Assembly (NCBI GenBank): GCA_965240325.2 | Contig: OZ251250.1 | Span: 62,001-126,000 of the forward strand | Length of the DNA stretch: 64,000 nucleotides | Direction of reading: 5' to 3' | Source of the DNA: Rebecca billardiae RCC1528 | Lineage: Eukaryota; Protista; Haptophyta | Shown: piece after piece, positions 47,280-56,626 of the stretch | Numbering within the stretch: the stretch's first letter is position 1 | Layout: each line of letters begins with the position of its first letter | The notes under the pieces: model-generated | Seen by the model: only the letters and a program-made list of their open reading frames with translations | Database searches by the model: none | What the model was told of the DNA's origin: nothing | Made by a program: the position numbers and the translations under genes

Positions 47280-48125
47280 CACGGCACGCGGCGTGGAGTC
47301 GAGCGCAGAGTCTGCAGCTGCCCGGGCGGTGCAGCAGCATCAGATGGCAGCGGCTCGAGCGCGGTGGGCGAGGCGAGCAGCGTCACCGCGCTCAGTGCGT
47401 CCACCGCCCAGGCCCCTGAAGCACGAACCGCCGGGGTGTCAGCTCCAGCGACCGCCGCAGCCCGCCGTGGCACCATCCCTGCTGCTGCCGCCGCACTCGG
47501 CGCGGAGTCGAGCGCAGCTGCTGCTGCCCAAGCTGGGCGCGGGCAGCGCAGCGCCCGATGGCAGCGGCTCGAGCGCGTTGGGCGAGGCGAGCAGCGTCAC
47601 CGCGCTCGGTGCGCCCAGCGCCCAGGCCCATCGGGCAGGCACCACCGAGCTGCCAGCTCCAGCGACCGCCGCCGCCCGCCGTGGCACCATCCCCGCTGCT
47701 GCCGCCGCACTCGGCGCGGAGTCGAGCGCAGCTGCTGCTGCCCCGGCTGGGCGCGGGCGCAGCGGCGCCCGGTGGCAGCGGCTCCAGCGCGCTGGGCGAG
47801 GCGAGCAGCGTCACCGCGCTCGGTGCGCCCAGCGCCCAGGCTCCTCGGGCGCGCACCACCGAGCTGCCAGCTGCAGCGACTGCCGCAGCCCGCCGTGGCA
47901 CCATCCCTGCTGCTGCCGCCGCACTCGGCGAGGAGTTGAGTACAGCTGCTGCTGCCCGCGCTGGGCGCGGGCGCAGCGGCACCCGATGGCAGCGGCTCGC
48001 GCGCGCTGGGCGAAGCGAGCAGCCACACCGCGCTCGGCGCGTTCGTCGCCTAGGCCCCTCGGGCGCGCACCGCCGAGCTGACAGCTGCGTCGACCGCCGC
48101 CGCCCGCCGTGGCACCATCCCTGCA
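47280..48125 (-). repeat. 214-bp tandem repeat, about 4 units (right arm, inverted)
   Basis: CCGTGGCACCATCC at about 47464, 47678, 47892 and 48106. Confidence 0.93.
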
Positions 48126-49303
48126 GCTGTGTGGCCGCATGAGCAGCGTGGAGTTGAGTACCGCCGCTGTTGGCGCGGGTGCTTGAAGCAGCACCGGATG
48201 GTTGGTCCTGCACGCCTGAGCACAGTTATGCACCAACTGCTCTCCTGGATGCGTTGAGAGACCAGGGCTCACCATCCGTGATCCGTGCTCAGCCTCTCAG
48301 CCTCGCTGAGCAGAGCAGCACCTCACCCGCTCGCAGCTGCGGCGGTGCCGTCTCCGCTTGCTGTCCGACAGCAAGTAGAGGACAGCATGCCAGCACCAGT
48401 GGGCACCGCCGATGCGTGTTCGGTGCCTGTGAGTATTCGCCTTAGCTCGGCCGCCACTGCATGGTGGGCGATGATGAGGTGAGTGCCAGCACAGGTCACG
48501 GCCGCGAGCAAGGGTGATGTGCACCGGTGTGGAGGCATGTACGAACGTACCGGTGGCCCCTGCTGCTTGCCGGCCTTGCCCCCTCCTTCTCGACCTTGGT
48601 TGCCTTCTCAACGCGCTGCTCCCACGCATGAGCTCTGCGACGCCGTCGGCCCTGCCCACCGGCGGCCCGCAGGCGGTGACGCCCCGCCTGGGCTGTGGAC
48701 AGCTGCCCTGTTGCCCCATGCTGAGCCAAGTTGCAGCCGGCCGCAGTGCGTCCCCGTGCACACGCAAACTGGGCGATTCGGCCCAGTTTGCGATGGCACG
48801 GCCGCAGTGGGCGCGTGCCATCTGAAACTGAGGCTTTTCCCCAGTTTACTGACCCGCGAAGCCCCCCACTGTGCCATCGCAAACTGGGCCAAAAGCCCCA
48901 GTTTCAGCTGGCATCCGCCACTGCAGAGCGCCAAACCTGGCTGGCAAATGTGGGGCCGGCGCGAGCTCGGCGGAGGGCGGCGACGGTTGGTCACGGATCC
49001 GTTATTGGTCATCCGCTTACCCCCATCAATCAAGCGTCAGTACTCAGTTTACTGTACAGCGCTCTAATAGCCGCAGATCGAGCAGCAGGTTCGAGTCGTA
49101 GGCGATGTTGCGCTGGTGCTGACGATGGCCGTCGGACCGCGCCAGCCGCCAGGCTGCCCACCCACCGCCCAGGGCCAGGCGCCAGTCTTGAGCCTGGGCG
49201 GCGGCACCGTGCGGGCACCTGCTGAGGACGGCCCGTGCCATCAACGGCTGCGCCGGCTGTCACCACCGCGCATTGTCTCTGCAGCGGAGCAGTGGGGCGC
49301 ACG

Positions 49304-50779
49304 TCAGCAGCAGACACGCGCACACCACGCCGTCCCGATGCACGCGGGCGTGTCCACGCGCTGGGTGGGCTCGTCTTGCTCGGCCTCGCTCATGCCGAGG
49401 CCGAGCGCAGCCGACCGCTTGCCGCATGCGTACACGCTGCCGTCCGCACTCACAAACAGCGAGTGGGCGAAGTCCACGAGACAGTGCACCACGCACACGT
49501 GGGCGAGGGCACCCACGCGCGACGGGGCGACATGTCCATACCCTCCGGACCCCAGCCCGAGCACGCAGTAGCCGTTGTTCCCAAACGTGTGCACGCTGCC
49601 GTCCGCGCCCAGCACCGCGCTGCCGTCGACGCCCGCACACGCGCGCACGATGCGCACACCCGCGAGGGCGTCAAGCCGCCTCGGCGCGAGCTGACCGCAC
49701 ATGTCTCCGTGCCCAAGCGCGCCGTCCCCACCGTGCCCAAACGAGTACACCGTCCCCTCGCTGTCCACCACCAGGCTGTGGCCATCGCCCGCGCTCACGT
49801 GCACGGCGCGCACGCCCGCGAGCGCCTCGATGCGCCTCGGCCTAGTGTGCTGATCCTGCTGGTCGCAGTGGCCGAGCGCGCCATCGCGGCCCAAGCCGCA
49901 CGAGTAGACGGCGCCGTGCACATCGAGAAGCAGCGTGTGGGCACCGCCCGCCGCCAACCCACCCACGCGCACGCCGTCCAGCGCCTCGATGCGCGTCGGC
50001 TCCCACCGCTCCTCCGTGTCGCCGTGGCCGAGCTGGCACCTGCTGTTGTTGCCCCAGCTGTACGCGCAGCCCGCGGCGGTGAGCGCGAGGCTGTGCGCGT
50101 TGCACGCAGCTATGCACACGACGGGCTCACTCGCGGGTAGCCCGACGAGAGTGAATGAGCGTTGCTCCTCCGTGTCGCCCAGCCCAAGCTGCCCATCGTA
50201 GTTCTTGCCGCAGCCGTACACGGCGCCGGCGTCGCTCAGCGCGAGCAGGTGGTACCACCCAGCGGCCACAGCGCACACGCGCATCGCGCTGAGGGAGGCC
50301 ACGCGCGTCGGCACGCGCATCGCCGGCATGCCCGGATGGCCGATTGCCGCGTGCGCTCGATACACGCCCGTCCGCTGCCAGGTGCCCTCGTCCCGCACCG
50401 TCTCCTCGCCGCACGTGTGCAGCCCGCCCTCCGCGTCCACACACGCGCTGAAGCCAGCGCCGGCCGAGACCGGGGAGGCATGCGCGCTCCCAAGCTCGAG
50501 CACGCGCTCGCGCACGAACAGCTCCTCCGTCCACGTGCGCACGCCGGAGGGCAGCGACGTCGGCAGCGCGCGCTCGTGCCCGCGCGCGCACGCGCGCTCG
50601 CGCAGCGCGCGCTCGACCTGCGAGCACCCGCCGGGCGGCGCGGCGTGGAAGAGGCGCGCGGTGACGTTCAGGCTGGCGAGGTCGCGCGGCGGCAGGAGTG
50701 ATGTGATGCGTTCGAGCACCTCGCGCGGCAGGTCGTCGAGCGCGAGGCGACGCGCGTGCGCCTGTGCCGTGCTGGCCAT
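49304..50779 (-). CDS. F-box-like/RCC1-repeat protein, copy 12 (type A)
   Basis: MASTAQAHARRLALDDLPREVLERI; RCC1 repeats; ends WCARVCC*. Confidence 0.9.
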   Translation of the reverse strand: MASTAQAHARRLALDDLPREVLERITSLLPPRDLASLNVTARLFHAAPPGGCSQVERALRERACARGHERALPTSLPSGVRTWTEELFVRERVLELGSAHASPVSAGAGFSACVDAEGGLHTCGEETVRDEGTWQRTGVYRAHAAIGHPGMPAMRVPTRVASLSAMRVCAVAAGWYHLLALSDAGAVYGCGKNYDGQLGLGDTEEQRSFTLVGLPASEPVVCIAACNAHSLALTAAGCAYSWGNNSRCQLGHGDTEERWEPTRIEALDGVRVGGLAAGGAHTLLLDVHGAVYSCGLGRDGALGHCDQQDQHTRPRRIEALAGVRAVHVSAGDGHSLVVDSEGTVYSFGHGGDGALGHGDMCGQLAPRRLDALAGVRIVRACAGVDGSAVLGADGSVHTFGNNGYCVLGLGSGGYGHVAPSRVGALAHVCVVHCLVDFAHSLFVSADGSVYACGKRSAALGLGMSEAEQDEPTQRVDTPACIGTAWCARVCC

Positions 50780-51646
50780 CGCTCCCGCCGGCGCCGCGCA
50801 GTCGGTGCGGTCGGTGCGCGCTGTCGCCGCGGGGCGCGGGCTGTCCAGGCAGTGTGGCACCGTTGGCTGAAGTAGTTGCCCGGACTGTCAGTGTCACATA
50901 ACGATCCGGACTCACCAGGAATCTACTCCGACGCTTGAGCCGAGAGGGCACACACTTACAACTGCTGAAGTCGCGTCGAACGGTACGAGTGAAGACTGTA
51001 CCTGGGCTGTGTGCGTCTCATCGATCGTACTCTGTTCATCACCACACCTGCCGCACGTGCGACGGCGCACGCGCTTGCGGCACCACTGCTCGACCGTCCA
51101 CGCGGCGGCGGCGACCCGCTCCGCCGTCTCCGCATCGACGCTGCCGCCGGCGGCAGTGGCTTCGCCTCCAACGCCACCGCCCTCATCGCGAGCCAACCGC
51201 CACCGCCGCGCGGACGGCGGCCGCGCGCGCCGCACGGCCGCCATCACGGGCGTCTCGGCGGGCGGCTCGGCGGCGGCCGGGCCGCCGCCGCCGCCGCGTG
51301 CCGCCGTGCCGTTGCGCAGCAGCAGCGCGGCGAGGAGGCGCGTGAGCAGCGCGTCGGGCGGCGCGGGCCTCGGCCGCTGCGGCCCGCCGCCGCGCCCCGC
51401 CGCACCGAGCACCCACTCCGCACACACCGGCACGCCGGCCTGCGCCTGGGACGCAGACGCGGCGGGTGACGAGCAGAGCACACTCGAGTAACCAGGCGAT
51501 GCGCTGCTGGCCGTCCGACCGCCAGGCGCCAGCCAGCCTGGGCGGCGGCACCGTGGGCCGGTGGCGGCCTGCACCCAGCTGCTGCGTCCGCTGCCACCAC
51601 CGCCCACGACTGCAACGGAGCAGCGGAGCGTCGGCAGAGGCGCACA

Positions 51647-53119
51647 TCAGCAGACACGGGCACGCCACACCGTCCCGATGCACGCGGGCGTGTCAACCCG
51701 CTGGGTGGGCTCGTCTTGCTCGGCCTCGCTCATGCCGAGGCCGAGCGCGGCCGAGCGCCTGCCGCACGCGTGCACGCTGCCGTCCGCACTCACAAACAGC
51801 GAGTGGGCGAAGTCCACGAGACAGTGCACCACGCGCGCTTGGGCGAGGGCACCCACGCGCGACGGGGCGCCGTGGCGCCCCTCTCCAGATCCCAGCCCGA
51901 GCTGGCCATCGCGGTTGTCCCCAAACGTGTGCACGCTGCCGTCCGCGCCCAGCACCGCGCTGCCGAGGCTGCCCGCACATGCGCGCACGATGCGCACACC
52001 AGCGAGGGCGTCAAGCCGCCTCGGCGCGAGCTGATCGCACGTGTCTCCGTGCCCGAGGGCGCTATACGCACCACACCCAAATGAGTACACCAACCCCTCG
52101 CTGTCCACCACCAGGCTGTGCGCACCGCCCGCGCTCACCTGCACGGCGCGCACGCCCGCGAGCGCCTCGATGCGCCTCGGCCTAGTGTGCTGATCCTGCT
52201 GGTCGCCGTGGCCGAGCGCGCCATCGCCGCCCAAGCCGCACGAGTAGACGGCGCCGTACACATCGAGAAGCAGCGTGTGGGCACCGCCCGCCACCAACCC
52301 ACCCACGCGCACGCCGTCCAGCGCCTCGATGCGCCTTGGCTCCCACCGCCGCTTCTTGTCGCCGTGGCCGAGCTGGCCGGAGCCGTTGTGGCCCCAGCTG
52401 TACGCGTAGCCCGCGGCGGTGAGCGCGAGGCTGTGCGCGTTGGACGCAGCTATGCACACGACGGGCTCACTTGCGGGTAGCCCGACGAGAGTGAATGAGC
52501 GTTGCCCCTCCCTGTCGCCCAGCCCGAGCTGCCCATCGTAGTTCTTGCCGCAGCCGTACACGGCGCCGGCCTCGCTCAGCACGAGCAGGTGGTACCACCC
52601 AGCGGCCACAGCAACCACGCGCACTGCGCTGAGCGAGGCCACGCGCGTCGGCACGCGCACCATCGGCATGCCCGGATGGCCGATTGCCACGTGCGCTCGA
52701 TACTCGCCCGTCGGCTGCCAGGTGTCCTCGTCCCGCACCGCCTCCTCGCCGCACGTGTGCAGCCCGCCCTCCGCGTCCACACACGCGCTGAAGCCAGCGC
52801 CGGCCGAGACTGGGGAGGCATGCGCGCTCCCAAGCTCGAGCACGCGCTCGCGCACGAACAGCTCCTCCGTCCACGTGCGCACGCCGGAGGGCAGCGACGT
52901 CGGCAGCGCGCGCTCGTGCCCGCGCGCGCACGCGCGCTCGCGCAGCGCGCGCTCGACCGCCGAGCACCCGCCGGGCGGCGCGGCGTGGAAGAGGCGCGCG
53001 GTGGCGTTCAGGCTGACGAGGTCGCGCGGCGTAAGGAACACGAGTATGCGGTCGAGCACCTCGCGCGGCACGTCGTCGAGCGCGACGCGACGCGCGTGCG
53101 CCTGTGCCGTGCTGCCCAT
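51647..53119 (-). CDS. F-box-like/RCC1-repeat protein, copy 13 (type A)
   Basis: 490-aa ORF, MGSTAQAHARRVALDDVPREVLDRIL; RCC1 repeats. Confidence 0.9.
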   Translation of the reverse strand: MGSTAQAHARRVALDDVPREVLDRILVFLTPRDLVSLNATARLFHAAPPGGCSAVERALRERACARGHERALPTSLPSGVRTWTEELFVRERVLELGSAHASPVSAGAGFSACVDAEGGLHTCGEEAVRDEDTWQPTGEYRAHVAIGHPGMPMVRVPTRVASLSAVRVVAVAAGWYHLLVLSEAGAVYGCGKNYDGQLGLGDREGQRSFTLVGLPASEPVVCIAASNAHSLALTAAGYAYSWGHNGSGQLGHGDKKRRWEPRRIEALDGVRVGGLVAGGAHTLLLDVYGAVYSCGLGGDGALGHGDQQDQHTRPRRIEALAGVRAVQVSAGGAHSLVVDSEGLVYSFGCGAYSALGHGDTCDQLAPRRLDALAGVRIVRACAGSLGSAVLGADGSVHTFGDNRDGQLGLGSGEGRHGAPSRVGALAQARVVHCLVDFAHSLFVSADGSVHACGRRSAALGLGMSEAEQDEPTQRVDTPACIGTVWRARVC

Positions 53120-53475
53120 TGCTCGCGGCTCACCGCGTCTGTGCGCGTCCCTTCTTACTACTATGGGGGTACTAGCAGCAGTAAACTGTACAATAGACTG
53201 TATCCCAGCACTGTCAATCTCGCCTGATGAGCTGTGTGCGGCTGTAGAGGTCCGAGAGCCCCTGACGTCGTCACTCGGACAGCTTGTATCATGGATGAGT
53301 CGAGCTGCTAACGTTCTGCCAAGTCGTGCGTGCGCGCGTCATTCACAGACCAAATAACACCTGCTCCGAATAACGACAGCAGCAGCCTCACTGTGAGCAG
53401 CAGTAGCTAGCAGTAACGCCACAGTGACGATACGTCGCCGCGCGCGCAGGGACTGCACACAGGTGCGGTTGCAGG

Positions 53476-55726
53476 TTAGGCCTGGAACTCGCCGTCAAAC
53501 CCGGTGAAGCCGCACATCTTGAAGAGGGGGTAGTACGGCTTGGACGAGAGCTGCGAGCACCAGTTCCACGCGGAGGTGAGCCGGCCGTCGATGCAGCTGC
53601 CCGCGTCGTAGAAGTTGTCCGCGCCCGAGCCGTCGAACGCGTACCGGAAGAAGTCGCACAGCACGTGCTGCGGAGCGACCAGCGCGGCGCGCGGGGCGGC
53701 GCGGCGCGTGAGCCGAGGAGCGCGCGCGCAGCCGCGGCAGCCGCCGCAGCAGCAGCCGCCGCAGCCGCAGGATGGGGCCACGCCGCCCACGCCCCCCAGC
53801 CGAAGAGCCCCGCCAGCGCCACGCGCACGCACACACGCAAACCGCCGCGCCCACAGCGCGCACGCGGTGCGCATAGTGCGGTGCACACAGCCGCGCGCGG
53901 TGCACCGCGGTACGCACCTTGATGGCTGTGTTCGGGTCCCCCCAGCGCATTGCGATGAAGGACAGTAGCTGCGGGGGCTGCGTGCGCGGGGAGCGGAGCT
54001 GGTCGAGCACGGCGAGCAGCGGGTTGAGGATGCGCTCGATCGCGGCGTACTGCGCGTGCGCGGGTGGGGGCGGAGGGGCGGGCCCGCGGGCCGCGCGTGG
54101 GCAGCGGCCCGCGCGCGCGCGCCACCCGTCGGGGGGCGTACGCCGGGGCCCGGCCACGCGGCGCGGCGCTGCGCGTCGCGCGCGCGCGGCCGGGCTGTGC
54201 TGGCTGCGGGCGTGCTGGCGTGCGGCGCGTGCGCGTGCGCGTGCCTTGTCGATGAAGATGAGCGCGTTGGGCACGTTCGAGTCGCCCATGTGCACCACCG
54301 CCGAGCCCACCCAGCTGCCGAGCGCGCGCTGCGTCGCGTGCAGCAGCGCGCGCATCGCGCGCTCGGTGCGCGGCGCGGGCTGCACGCGCTGCTGCCCCTG
54401 GCCGGTGTCGCGGAGGTCGTACGGCGCGGCGGGGTCGAGGAGGTCCTGCTCGGCGAGGCACCACAGCCGGAACATGTCGTTCGCGATCTCGCGCCACAGC
54501 ACCAGGCTCTGCAGCACGTACGCGTGCTGCCGCGCGTGCGAGTGAGACAGCCGAGCGCCGCCCGTGCCGTCCGCGATCGCGAGGCTGAGCTCTTCAGACT
54601 CCGGCGCTGCCGGCGGGAAGTGCGCGCGCAGCAGGGCGATGACGCGGTCGATGGGGTCGCGCGCCTGGTAGAGGTAGGCGTTGTTGTCGCCGAGCGAGTA
54701 CAGCGCCTGGCGCACCCCCTCGTCCGGCAGCGCGCGGCTCCGGTACCGCGCCACAAGCGTCTCCACAGCACGCTCCTTCGCTCTGATCTCCGCCTGCAGC
54801 TGCGCGCGGCTTTTGGTCGGGTCGGGCGCGATGCACTGCGTGGCGACGCCGATGAGCTCGTCGGCGAGGAGGGGCAGCCCGGCGTGCTCCTCGAGGTGGT
54901 CGTACACCGTGCGCAGCGGGCTCACCAGCTCGCACTCCGTGTACGCCCCCACGTCCGGACTGCTCGAGTCCTGCAGCAGATACAGCAATTTGCCGTACGT
55001 TAATCGCATTTTCTCCGGGTTCATCACCTTGTACCGGCGGACGGCCTCGAAGACGGCGCGGTAGTCGGGGGCGTACTCGGCGAAGTTGCGCTCGGCCATC
55101 AGCGCGCGCCCCTTCGCCGGCTCCAGCGCGCTCACCAGCCCCGTCAGCAGCGCGCTCACCTCGCGCAGCTGCCGCTGCGCGCGGCGCGGCGCGTTGGCCG
55201 CCAGCGCGGGCGTGTCCACCAGCGTCGTGTACTCGGTGACGGCGAGCATGCCCTCGAGGAGGCGGAGGTGCTTGCGCTCGCGCTGGGTGAGGCGGAGGGG
55301 GACGTACTTCGCCCGCTCGCAGAACCACGCCGCCATCTCGCCGTGCGACGGCGCGCCGCCGAGCCGCGGGTCGCCGCCGCGCACAGCGGCCGCGTCGGCC
55401 GCTCCCAGCAGGTCGGCCGCATCGGCGTCCGGGTCGGTGCGCCAGAGCGCGACGGTGGCGGCGCGCCACATGCGGTGCGCGATGGTGAGACCGCCCGTGC
55501 CCGACCCGCCCGCACCGCCGCCGCCCTCCTCCTCGCGCGCCGCCGCGCCGCCGCCGCCCGCCGCCGCGCCCGCCGCGCCCGCCGCGCCCGCCGCGCCCGA
55601 TTCGTCGAGATACGAATCTGGCGGCAGCAGCAGCACCTTGCGGTGGGTGGTGGCGAGGTGCGGCTCGCAGTGCACGTCGAGGCACCCCTCGTGCTCGTCG
55701 TCGTACGCCGCGAGCAGGTCGTTCAT
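53476..55726 (-). CDS. DUF2009/UPF0652-family conserved protein (3 exons)
   Basis: ERAKYVPLRLTQRERKHLRLLEG, RRYKVMNPEKMR..YGKLLYLLQD, GARLSHSHARQHAYVLQSL, WVGSAVVHMGDSNVPNALIFIDK, DFFRYAFDGSGADNFYDAGSCIDGRLTSAWNWCS. Confidence 0.85.
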
Positions 55727-56090
55727 CCCGCGCGCGCGCGCGCCCCCTGCGCGGTGGCCGTCGCGTGCGCGTACACGTGCAAAGCACGCACGCAGGGTCG
55801 CAGGCCGGCACGACGCGAGCAAACCACTTTGCTGTCCGGGCGGCGGGAAGGGCGCCATCGTGCGCACACCCCGAAGGATTCGTCAAGGATTCGTCACAGC
55901 TCCCGAGAGCCCGGACTGCTACTGACAATGGTGCCGGGTCGACTCCAGTCCCTTGGCCTTGGTGCAACAGCGGCTGACGAGCATCGCCGGGCAGCAGCAG
56001 CGCGCGCGAGCAGCCGGGGCCGTGCGCGGGAGAGCAGAGCGAGGCGAGCGCGGCGCTGGCGCGTGAGCGCGCGCACCGCGGCGGCGCGCG

Positions 56091-56626
56091 ATGGAGAACG
56101 GCAAGGCCCCGCGCCGCACGCAGGCGCGCAAGCCGCGCCAGGTCCGGGCCAACCCGCGCGGCGACGACTTTGCGGGCGATAAGGACGCGTACGGCAGGAG
56201 CCGCGTGCCCGACCGGAAGAAGAAGCGGCCGCGCGCGGGCGAGGAGGACGACGAGGCGAGGGCGTTTGGCAGCGCGCGCTTCGGCGGCGCCGAGCGCCAG
56301 GGACCACGCGACGCCCTGGTGCGCGCGTGCGCGCGCGCGCGCTCGCTGTGCGCCACGCGCCGCGCGCCGCGCCCGCGCGCCACGCCACGCGCTCACGCGC
56401 GTGCGCGCGCGCGGCGCAGCTCGTCGACTTTGGCAAGCTGGACATGGGCACGCTGAAGCGGTACAAGAAGGTGTACCGCCTCAAGACGCGGCAGAACGTC
56501 ACCAAGGCCGACCTCGCCGCCGCGTGCGCCAAGGACTTTGCCGGCCGCATCGTCGACGAGGCCGAGACGATCAACAACTTCCTGTACCACGTGCAGGAGC
56601 AGCGCGACGCGTACGGCGCGAAGTGA
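56091..56626 (+). CDS. SAP30-like histone deacetylase complex subunit (Sin3-binding domain); intron 56319-56419
   Basis: VDFGKLDMGTLKRYKKVYRL....TKADLAAACAKDF....DEAETINNFLY matches the SAP30 Sin3-binding pattern; basic N-terminus. Confidence 0.8.

Larger units (their letters stand above)
40219..48943. mobile_element. 8.7-kb composite foldback element with kb-scale inverted arms and nested elements
   Basis: GCAAATG duplicated at 40212-40218 and 48944-48950; empty site CTCGCAAATGTGGGGCC at about 27851; arms 40229-40368 plus 41426-44260 are the reverse complement of about 47170-48938. Confidence 0.9.

Noticed and set aside
5843-53119. Diversity-generating retroelement behind the variable loops (many variable codons are NNC)
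   Set aside because: No reverse transcriptase or template repeat in the window; adjacent AAC (Asn) codons stay nearly invariant; third-position C is expected from GC bias.
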